64,000 nt of DNA from Macrostomum lignano. Its lineage: Eukaryota. The notes under the pieces were generated by a model, which saw only the letters and a list, made by a program, of their open reading frames with translations, was not told the DNA's origin and did no database searches. Below are positions 35,923 through 46,376 of the stretch, in pieces. The position numbers were made by a program, and so were the translations under genes. Within the stretch, counting starts at the first letter, position 1, and every line of letters starts with the position of its first letter. The DNA lies in the NCBI GenBank assembly GCA_002269645.1, contig NIVC01001522.1, positions 62,001 to 126,000 of the forward strand, read 5' to 3'.

Positions 35923-38900
35923 CTAGGGCAAGGATGGATCAGTGCCAGCGGAATGCTGCTGATGCTGTTGATAGGACATCATCATTGGCATGCTGTGACC
36001 ATAGGCAGCTGTGTAATACTCATGATGTTGCTGTTGCTGTTGCATAAGCATCAGCTGTTGATCGTCAGGATGATGAAATTCACCAGGCTGGTGCTGAAGC
36101 TGCTGCTGGTAGGGCTGATAAGAAGCAGATGTCCAACAATAATCTTCGGTGGCACTGCTGCTAAACCACATGGAATTATTGTCGGACACAATCTGCTGAC
36201 TGGAACCAGCGGCTTGTTGAGCCACAGGCGTTGTCTCATTGGTTGCGTTCGTTGGAGCAGCAGAAGCAGAAGACTCGTAACTGTAGAACTGATTAGCTGC
36301 CGCCTGCTGAGCATCGTGCAAGCTCTTAGCCGATGTACAGGTGCAGACAAAGAACTCGAACTCGCCAGAGTAAGGATTGTGAAATGCTGCCAGGCAGCAG
36401 CGGAGCAGAACGGGCTCAGTCTGATTGGCACCAGTAGTCAGGCGGACCAGAGCTGTCTGGGGTGCGCCTTTGGCGGAGGCGGCCGAGTCAAATGCTGACC
36501 TGAGCGCCGCTTGCTCCTCGGGCGTGGCCACCTGGGTGGGATTGGAGGTTATGGTGATTAGGGTTCGTTTTATGGTGATTGGAGTTGGTGTTATGGTGAT
36601 TGGAGTTGGTGTTATGGTGATTAGGGTTCGTGTTATGGTGATTGGAGTTGGTGTTATGGTGATCCGGGTTGGTGTTATGGTGATCCGGGTTGGTGTTATG
36701 GTGATTATGGTTGGTGTTATGGTGATTAGGGTTGGTGTTATGGTGATTGGATTGGTGTTATGGTGATTAGGGTTGGTGTTATGGTGATTGGATTGGTTAT
36801 GGTGATCCGGGTTGGTGTTATGGTGATTATGGTTGGTGTTATGGTGATTCGGGTTGGTGTTATGGTGATTGGAGTTGGTGTTATGGTGATTCGGGTTGGT
36901 GTTATGGTGATTGGAGTTGGTGTTATGGTGATCCGGGTTGGTGTTATGGCGATTGGAGTTGGTGTTATGGTGATTCGGGCTCGTAATAACTTTAACAAAC
37001 CAAAAAAGGTCCCTTGGTGTTATTAAAGTTAAGCAAATTTGGTGTGTCTTAAATTGTTTAAAAAAGTACTTTTATCCTGTATCATTAAGCGACACCAGTA
37101 GCCTTTCAAAGGCTACTTAAACTCACCAAATCAAAGAACAATTTGCCCAGCAACTCGTGCGGCTGGTAGCCCAACACGTTAGCCGTGCGCTGGTCGCAGA
37201 AGCTGATGCGGGAGTCGGCAGACAGCCTGGCCACGAACTCGTGCTGACTGTGCGCGCTCAGGTCGCTGCCGCTGCCTCCGGGACCGCCAGGGAGTGACGT
37301 CACCTGACACAGCGGTAACGAGATGAACGGCCCGTTAGTCTATTATTTATTAATTATTACTAATTAGTAATAGTGTGGCTAACCTGCAGCCTGGCAATGC
37401 CAACCAGGCACTGATGCCCGCCTGCTCCGCCGCTGCCGCTGCCGCTTCCGACGCCGCCGCCGACGGTTGATTCTCCGGATGTCGATGCCGACGAGCCGGC
37501 AGAATGAGGGTGCTGGTGAAGCTGCTGATAGTGCTGATGCTGATGATGAAGCTGGTGCACGTCCTCCGCCATGGGCGCGTGTACGTTGCCCTGTTTGTGC
37601 CGAGGAAAATTAAATTAGTTTATTAGAAACTTACACGCAATTTTCTTAGAAACCGACATTCGATTTTCTTAGAAATCAGAAACCGCATTTTTGGAAACCG
37701 AGACCCGATTTTCTTAGAAACAGCCAAAATTTTCTTGGAAAACGAGACACTTCTTAGAAACCGACACTCGATTTTCTTAGAAACCGACACAAGTTTCTTG
37801 GAAACCGAGACGCCATTTTTCTTAGAGACCGGCACTCGAGTTTCTTAGGTATCAACACACGATTTTCTTAGAAACCGACACTAGATTTTCTAAGAAACCG
37901 ACACTCGATTTTCTTAGAAACCGACACAAGTTTCTTTGGAACAGAGACGCCATTTTTCTTAGAAACCGGCACTCGAGTTTCTTGGGTATCAACACACGAT
38001 TTTCTTAGAAAGCGACACTAGATTTTCTAAGAAACCGACACTCGATTTTCTTAGAAACCGACACAAGTTTCTTGGAAACCGAGACGCCATTTTTCTTAGA
38101 AACCGGCACTCGAGTTTCTTAGGTATCAACACACGATTTTCTTAGAAACCGACACTAGATTTTCTAAGAAACCGACACTCGATTTTCTTAGAAACCGACA
38201 CAAGTTTGGTGTGTCTTAAATTGTTTAAAAAAGTACTTTTATCTTAGAAACAGAGACGCCATTTTTCTTAGAAACCGGCACTCGAGTTTCTTAGGTATCA
38301 ACACACGATTTTCTTAGAAAGCGACACTAGATTTTCTTAGAAACCTAAACTCCTTGGAAGTTTCATGGAAACCGAGACGCCATTTTCCGAGAAACCAACA
38401 CTCGAGTTTCTTAAGTATCAACAGGAGTTTATTGGAAAACAACAGCAAGTTACTTTTGAAAACTAAATACAAGTTTCTTGGAGATTGACACGTAATTTTC
38501 AAGAGAATCTATATTTATAAGAAACTTAAAGCAGAAAACAGATTAAGGCTAAGCTTTCTTGGAACTATATTTTACCCGCTGCTGATGCTGATGACTTGGC
38601 CAATTCTTCAAATAGCCTGTCACGTGAGTAACAGCGTAATGATGCCCGTCTGGACAGGGGCCGAGCATGTTGCGCTGCCTCATGCGAACAGTCGGCAGGG
38701 ACTGCTGGGGACAAGCCGCAGCCGACATTGGATCAGAGAGGCTGTTCACCGCGCCGGCCGAGGCCGCTGCAGCGGGACCGCCCGCGCCAACGCGCATCCG
38801 GCAGATAAAAGCGCGCCTGGCGCCCATTGTGCTGCGCATTTGGGCTGCCAAATATAGTTGGGGGGGGGCTGCGTGTAGGGTGCATTGTGGAGGTCATAGA

Positions 38901-40577
38901 TGTTTGAGTTAACCAACATCAACTTTCTAATCCAGAAAGTGACACCAGTTGAAACTTCTGTGGTGACACCATCTGAAATCCCTGATGTTATACCATCTGA
39001 CACTCAAGGTGACACCATCTGACACTCAAGGTGACACCATCTGACACTCCTGAGGTGACACCACCTGACACTCAAGGTGAAACCACCTGACACTCCTGAT
39101 GTGACACCATCCTGAGGTGACACCACCTGACACTCCTGATGTGACACCATCCTGAGGTGACACCATCTGACACTCCTGAGGTGACACCATCTGACACTCC
39201 TGAGGTGACACCACCTGACACTCCTGAGGTGACACCATCTGACACTCAAGGTGACACCATCTGACACTCCTGAGGTGACACCACCTGACACTCAAGGTGA
39301 CACCACCTGACACTCCTGATGTGACACCATCCTGAGGTGACACCACCTGACACTCCTGATGTGACACCATCCTGAGGTGACACCATCTGACACTCCTGAG
39401 GTGACACCATCTGACACTCCTGAGGTGACACCACCTGACACTCCTGAGGTGACACCATCTGACACTCCTGAGGTGACACCATCTGACACTCCTGAGGCGA
39501 CACTATCTGACACTACTGAGGTGACACTATCTGACACTCCTGAGGTGACACCATCCTGAAGTAACACCATCTGACACTCCTGAGGTGACACCACCTGACA
39601 CTCAAGGTGACACCACCTGACACTCCTGATGTGACACCATCCTGAGGTGACACCATCTGACACTCCTGAGGTGACACCATCTGACACTCCTGAGGTGACA
39701 CCATCTGACACTCCTGAGGTGACACCATCTGAAACTCCTGAGGTGACACCATCTGAAACTCCTGAGGTGACACCACCTGACACTCCTGAGGTGACACCAT
39801 CTGACACTCCTGAGGTGACACCACCTGACACTCCTGAGGTGACACCACCTGACACTCCTGAGGTGACACTATCTGACACTCCTGAGGTGACACCATCCTG
39901 AAGTGACACCATCTGACACTCCTGAGGTGACACCACCTGACACATAAGGTGACACCATTTGACACCGACAAAGTCACCTAGCACTAACCGTGATGGCCGT
40001 CCTTCTTCACGGTGCCAGTTTTGAGATCGAGTATCCTTGCCCCAGCTGCATCGGTGGGCGACAATTGATCTTGAATCCGTTCGCAGTCGTCGGGATGCAC
40101 CAGATCGTAGAGACTCCGCTGCAGCCAGTCGGCCTGGGAGCAACCTAGCACGGGCCCTACAGAGTCGCTAACGTAGACAATCTGACCAGTGTCGCATTGG
40201 CAAACAAACAGGAAGCCATCGGCCGCCTCCAGTATGAGGTGCTTCAACTCTTGATCGCTGAGAAACGATGGTTTATAAGCGTCCGAGCCGCCTATGCCAG
40301 TGTTGCCAACGCCTCTAAGACCTTTCATATGGGTGACGGCCATTCTTAGAATAGTGAGTTTATCCGGCTTGCGAGCTAAACTGGTACAACTGGGCACCAT
40401 GTCGCACAGTTCGTTAATATAAGCCGTCATTTTGTTCCGTCTGCGACGCTCAATCTCGCAGTGACTCTCCCTGGCGTAGCGCTCCTTCTCTAAGCAGTCG
40501 GACGGGTCTTTGCTTGACAGGGGTGGAGAGCTGCTGCTAGCATTGGAGTCGTCCATCACTGCAAGCATGAGACCCAT
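35923..40577 (-). CDS. ARNT: ARNT/tango class II bHLH-PAS transcription factor. Exons: complement(35923..36531, 37127..37303, 37384..37590, 38576..38844, 39989..40577), ~616 aa.
   Basis: b[31 protein letters not shown]...[41 protein letters not shown]...[14 protein letters not shown] / [11 protein letters not shown] / [10 protein letters not shown] / CLVGIARLQ|VTS. PAS-B EFVARLS...DQR...[11 protein letters not shown]...[17 protein letters not shown]-rich tail. Junctions are GT-AG and keep frame. Confidence 0.95.
36545..36980. repeat. 21-bp minisatellite (GTTATGGTGATTGGAGTTGGT) in ARNT intron 4
   Basis: Direct reading, with 7-aa periodicity VMVIGVG. Confidence 0.93.
37620..38470. repeat. ~23-bp monomer minisatellite (TTTTCTTAGAAACCGACACTCGA) organised as a 137-bp higher-order repeat, in ARNT intron 2
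   Basis: The marker GGTATCAACACACG occurs at 37848, 37985, 38122 and 38294. Confidence 0.9.
38940..39975. repeat. 24-bp minisatellite (GACACCATCTGACACTCCTGAGGT) filling ARNT intron 1
   Basis: Direct reading, with 8-aa periodicity VTPSDTPE. Confidence 0.95.
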
Positions 40578-40944
40578 TTTGACACCTTGGGTTATTAAGC
40601 ACTTTTGAATCTAATCTAATTAAGATTAAAATGTTTTCATTTTTAATGCAAGGCTATAGTAAGGATGTCCTTGGGCATGGAACATTCTGGTGCATACAAG
40701 GGGCCTTGATGCAATTGGCATAAACCTTTTTTGGCTATTTTTTTTGTAAAGATATATACTTGTTTGTTAATGTGGGTTACAGTTCTAAAATGTTAATTTC
40801 TGTGTTTTATTAGATAGAATTTATAAGCATAGAAATAGTGCACAGAAGACAATATATAGATTTTTTCCAAATCTGGTACTGTGCCATCTTCTTGACTATA
40901 GTGCCAGAGTTTGAAGCTTTGAAGTCCATAGAGTTGGAGACTAT

Positions 40945-41504
40945 GGGCCGTATGCAGAAAGCTTAGTCCAGACTAGCTAGTCAAGACTTGGGTAGTTCAG
41001 TCTATAGTCTATGGTCTAGCTACCCTAGTTGGGCCATATGCAGAAAGCTTAGTCCAGACTAGCTAGTCAAGACTTGGGTAGTTCAGTCTATAGTCTATGG
41101 TCTAGCTACCCTAGTTGGGCCATATGCAGAAAGCTTAGTCCAGACTAGCTAGTCCAGACTTGGGTAGTTCAGTCTATAGTCTATGGTCTAGCTATCCTAG
41201 TTGGGCCGTTATGCAGAAAGCTCTGTCTAGGGTAGTCCGGTCTTGAAAAGCTAGTCTGGACTTGGATTTGGTATGCAGAAACACAAAGTTAGACCAGTCT
41301 ACTAGAGACAGAACTAGGCTAGCTAGACCATAGACTATAGACTGAACTACCCAAGTCTAGACTAGCTAATCTGGAGTAAGCTTTCTGCATATGGCCCATT
41401 CTGTCTATAGTAGCCTAGTCTTTGTGTTTCTGCATACCAAATCCAAGTCCAGACTAGCTTTTCAAGAACAGACTACCCTAGACAGAGCTTTCTGCATATG
41501 GCCC
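40945..41504. mobile_element. PIF/Harbinger-like non-autonomous element with internal tandem and inverted modules (A A A B A' B')
   Basis: Termini GGGCCGTATGCAGAAAGCT and AGCTTTCTGCATATGGCCC, flanked by TAT on both sides. The 86-bp A module starts at 40945, 41031 and 41117. B spans ~41203-41311. Inverted A and B lie at ~41312-41398 and ~41400-41504. Confidence 0.55.
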
Positions 41505-42388
41505 TATAAAGGGGGCCTAGAGAAGCTTTTAAGCCCTTGGAATTAAGGACTCAAAGTTCAAATAACAGATTTTCCACACTATACACCTGCTTTGTAGTTG
41601 GGATAATAAGGGTTAAAGTTAAGATAAAAATGCAGTCTTAGCCATTCTCCTAGTACAATAAACATATGAGACCTAGTAATAAGTGATAGCTATATTATTA
41701 CCTTGTTAGGAAGATAACAGCATGCACTTGAATATTTTTTGGAAGGCAATCTATATGCTATTTGTGTCATTTATACACTATCTATGGACTATTTCTATGC
41801 TTTTGCCCATAAAAGCTATGTAAAACCAAAGAGAAACCAGAAATTTTAGTTAATAGTATTGCACCAAAAATAGATATTATAGTTAAAAAAATAAGAGAAA
41901 AATAGCTGTATGACTATGTACCTAAAATTTGAATATAAAATATTATCCTTGACAAACTTGTTTATTTATAGAACTTTATTGAACTTAGTTTTAAGAATTT
42001 ATACTTTTTAGCTATGCCTGACTTTCAACCTTGTACCATATTTGAAAAATATCTAGAAATCATATATCTAGATATACAAGTTGGTTTAAAAGACAATGTT
42101 GTTTTATAACAAATTTGCCTAAAAGATATATACCGTGTATATATGAAACCTTAGCATAGTATATGACTTGATTATATTCTAAGTGCATTGTAAACCCTTT
42201 ATTATACAGATGACAATGGCAATAGACATAGAAGTAAAACAATTTGCAATAAATTTAAGTAGGCACTATAATATATTATATAAAAATTTAATAATTAGAT
42301 TGTTATTTTAAAATCAACAATCAATCTAAAGACAAACTATAACCATGTTTAGAAATAATGTCTAAGCCTACTATTGGCATAGCCATTT

Positions 42389-42747
42389 TTTATTAGAGGC
42401 AGGGGTTGTGTGCACCCTGGCATCTTTAAGCAATATGGGCACACAACTAGCAAGAGGCATTACTGCTCATTCCGCTGACTCCCCTGAGTAGGCACACAAG
42501 CAGGAGGATACTTATGCAGGCACACACTCATACAGGAGTGTACAGTAGCCCTAACTTTATTTTATTGTTAGGCATGTACACTTCACTGTGCCTTGGGGGG
42601 GGGGTTGGCTTTCAAGGCCATTAATTGCATGAGCAGAGCCAAGGCCAGATTCCAATTTGGCCTCAAATTAATGTGACTGCACTTGGAATTGAGCCTAGGT
42701 CGCTGGCACACCAGAGCTTGTGCTAGACCATTGGGCTACGGCCTCCC
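42389..42747 (-). mobile_element. tRNA-derived SINE (~360 bp), CpG-decayed copy, with 14-bp TSD ATTGGCATAGCCAT
   Basis: Colinear along its full length with the SINE at 55768-56130. TSD at 42373-42386 and 42748-42761. Confidence 0.88.
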
Positions 42748-43476
42748 ATTGGCATAGCCATACTGATAGGTAGGGCTATACTAGGCCTACTACTTACTTG
42801 TTACTTTGGTAATACTAATAGTTTGTTAAGTCGCTTTGGCTAAATTTAAGATATGAGAGAAGCTCTTAAGTCCCTAGATAAAATTGGGAACTTAAGCAAC
42901 AAGGAAAAATATGTTTGACACTATTTTTTGTGTTTGACACTATATGCATATTGGGATAAGAATTAGAGAAGGCTATAGTTAAGATAAATGTATTTTATTT
43001 TCAATATAAAAACACTTAAATAAAGAATCAGGGACTTAATATAAACCTAATTTTTTATCTGTTTAAAATTTGTTGGAATAACATTGTTGCTTTTTGTAAG
43101 ATGTTATAGTAAATATTTTGTTTAAAAGGTGGCATACCATTGATATACTATAACAAAAGAGGCATTTTTTAGTGTACACTGGAAAAGTGTACACATGCAA
43201 AAAGGGTATTCACATTTAGAAAGTACATGTTTGCTAGATTTATTTTTAGAATAGAATCTTCTAGAAAATACTTTTTTTAGTGTGAAGATTAAGTTCATTT
43301 AAGAAATTTCCTAAATTCAATTAAGTGTTAATTTTACTTTAAAATCCTGATTATAGAATTTTTATTAGTTGAATTTAATATTGCATTTTTACTGTAGCAT
43401 TACATATTAGTACCGATGCAAAAACTTTGTTTTAATCAATGAAATTTTCAGAATATTCCGGTTGTATGCAATATAA

Positions 43477-45010
43477 TAGTGATGGATCGATATTTGATTT
43501 TTATTTTGATATTCCGAATTTTGAAACTAATTTTGCATCAAATTAATTTTGATTTTGATTTTTAATTTTGACACCATTCATCAAAAATCATTTCAAAATT
43601 TTGGTTTTATTTTAACAATTTAGACATTGATGATCATGCTACACAAGTAATAAAATCTTTAGAAAGTCAAAGGAAGTGCGGTTCAAAGACTTAGTAGGGA
43701 GGTGAGAATCGCCTTTTCTACAAGAAAAGATTGTGTGGGGCACACACTGTTCCAGGCCTTGTGCTGCACCCACCTCAACCTCCACAAGCCCACTGGCTGA
43801 ACTCATCAGCATGCATTTTAATTGGCTAAAGACTTAAAGCCTTAATGAAATGGATATAGGCTACTCATATCTAGATCTTCAGCTTAAATAGCGGTGAAAT
43901 ATAATACAACTTCTATATTTCTATGTACGAGTGTATAATATATAATACACTAGGCTCATTCCATATAAGCATGGTTGTAACATGACAGGTTATTTTTACT
44001 TATAAAATGAAATCTAATAATAGAATATACTAAACCAATATTTTAAATGAAAGATTATTTTGTCTAGAATATATTTATAGAGTTTCATATAGATATCATC
44101 ATTAGTATAGATGCTATTAAACCTTAAATGACACTTATGGTCGTAACAACAGGATTTTTGACATATAGAAACTAAAAGGTAAAAGTCTTATAACATTTTT
44201 CATTTTTGATATTTTGCAATACATTTTTAAAATTTGACTAAGAACATCTTTAGAAATCATACTCTTTTATTAGAATATATAAACTCAAAAGGCAACAAAG
44301 ATACAAAAGAAAAGGCAGCCTTATGGTTGTAACATTATGGTTGTAACATATTTTTTTCTGTCAATTCAGTAACTTCGAGGTACTAATACATTAAAAATAT
44401 AATAGATTATTTGGTCACCAATGCTTTTATCTGATGATGCAAGTACTATACTTTTATCTATAGTTTGTTTCAACCTTCAAAAGCTTTCTATTTGTTTTTA
44501 AAAGGTACAAAATCTTAATGATGTCTTTTGCTTCGAAAAATGTCCAAATTTTTACAAAAATGACTTTTTGCCAATTGATAACATATTAATCCAACATTTT
44601 ACCATTCCTTTATTCTTAGATTGTATATATTGCACAATATAAACATTTGGTAAAAAAATAGGCTAATTAGGCAATGGCAAGCAAAAATATTGACTTTTTT
44701 CTATTTTCCAAATATGTCCATCTTATATGGAATGAGCCACTAGCATTTTCTATTTCATTTTTTAAAGTAAGTTAAATCTTAAGTATTCTGGTTTAAACAT
44801 ATCAAAGATACTTTTTATAAAACATGTAAGCTCATACATGCAGAGGCAAGGTGTTAACCTTTTTGCATGATTAGCGAAAAAGTAAAAATTTGTTAAGCTC
44901 AAAAATTTTGATTTTGATTTTGATTTCAATTTCAATTTCAATTTCGATTCTAAGGAACCAAAAATTTTGATTTTGATTTTGATTTGAAAAATAATTTTGA
45001 TCCATCACTA
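43477..45010. mobile_element. hAT-like non-autonomous DNA transposon (~1.5 kb)
   Basis: 12-bp TIR TAGTGATGGATC...GATCCATCACTA. 8-bp flanks CAATATAA / CAATACAA differ by one C/T. Subterminal TTTTGA repeats at both ends. Confidence 0.7.
43953..44738. mobile_element. Nested TIR element (~786 bp) inside the hAT-like element
   Basis: 17-bp perfect TIR GGCTCATTCCATATAAG / CTTATATGGAATGAGCC, with ACTA repeated on both flanks. Confidence 0.65.
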
Positions 45011-46100
45011 CAATACAACTATAAATAAATGTAAGACCAAATATTCTAACTCCTTAAGTTCTTTTCTTCTGAAAAGCTCAGATATTCAAGCCAGCAAACT
45101 ATTGCCTTTGCTCAAGCTTTCATTGTCATCAAATTTTTATATTATATGCAATAGTAAACAATTCAAAGACTAGGCTAATATTAATAGGCAAGGGCAAGAC
45201 TAGAAACAACTAAAAAACTTAGACTTGGGATACAAAAGTAAAACAAGCCAAATCATAGAAAAAAGTTGAGGGCTTATATGAGTCTATAGGTACCCAGTTA
45301 TTCATACATTGAATAGATTATAATCAGCTTAGCTGCTAAAAAGACTAAGGCCATAGTTCAATGATTTTTGTCTCAAAAGGTTCAGAAAGTTATCCAAAAG
45401 GTTTTTAGTCATTTTAAACAAGTTTATTTTATTTAAGTAGGCCCTAGTAAAAGAATGGCTATATAAAGCACAATTATTATTATTATTATTAAATAGATGC
45501 TGGCACAAGGGTTAGCAAAGCACCTATTGGGCACTGGAAAAAAATAGCTAAGACCTATCTAGCTGCAAACCTACACTCTAGATCATGTAGTAAATGCCCA
45601 AAAATTGGGGCATACATTGGCCTTGCATGCCAAAATTAGGTGTGCATAGTTGGCATGCATCACTCCTGAGAAAATAGTATGCGTGCATATCCATATCTGG
45701 CATGCAATTTATAGAATCACATGTAAGAGTTATTGTGAAGTTGAAGAAAGATGAAAAAGTTCATTTCAAGTGCAAATTTCTAGCTTTCTGTTTTTTGTAA
45801 GCTTGTAAAAGAGCATTTAAACAAATCTACATGCATAAATTTTCCACTATAAATATTACTACCTAAAAAAAGGTCTATTAGGCAATTTAAAAAAGGTATT
45901 TTATTGTCATAATGTAAAAAAGGTGTTTTATTGTCACAACACTAGCATATTTTTGAGAATGGGCATGCACTACATTTTTTTGACATACATTTGTAATTAT
46001 TCAATTTTTGTTTGGGTGTGCACCCAGCATGATCTAGATTATGGCTGCAGACTAAGGGTATTTGATAGTCTTTTCTCAGTGCACGTTGCAAAAGTGTAGC

Positions 46101-46376
46101 CATACATGCGCAACTGCTGGCCGACCTGGCCGATCTGGCCACCGTAAATTGTGGTGGACCAGGGGTAAGTCGCAAAAATGCCACCCCAAAAAATACGGAC
46201 GTAATACTAATTAGATGCCAAGGCATTTAGGCCTGATAAGACAGTCATAGTTACTCCTGCCGTTTACCCAAATAAGCGTTTATTTTGCTTTAGGGTTTCT
46301 TTCAAAGGTAAGTTGCATTTTTGGTCAAAAAGTAAGTCGCATGGCCAGTGTAAATCAGGGGGGTTGCGCATGTATG
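46101..46376. mobile_element. hAT-type MITE (276 bp)
   Basis: Perfect 14-bp TIR CATACATGCGCAAC / GTTGCGCATGTATG. Perfect 8-bp TSD AGTGTAGC at 46093-46100 and 46377-46384. Confidence 0.85.

Noticed and set aside
40442-40480. Cys in the ARNT basic region ([11 protein letters not shown]) as a novel redox switch
   Set aside because: Invertebrate ARNT/tango proteins also have HCE here, as far as I recall, so it is not unusual.
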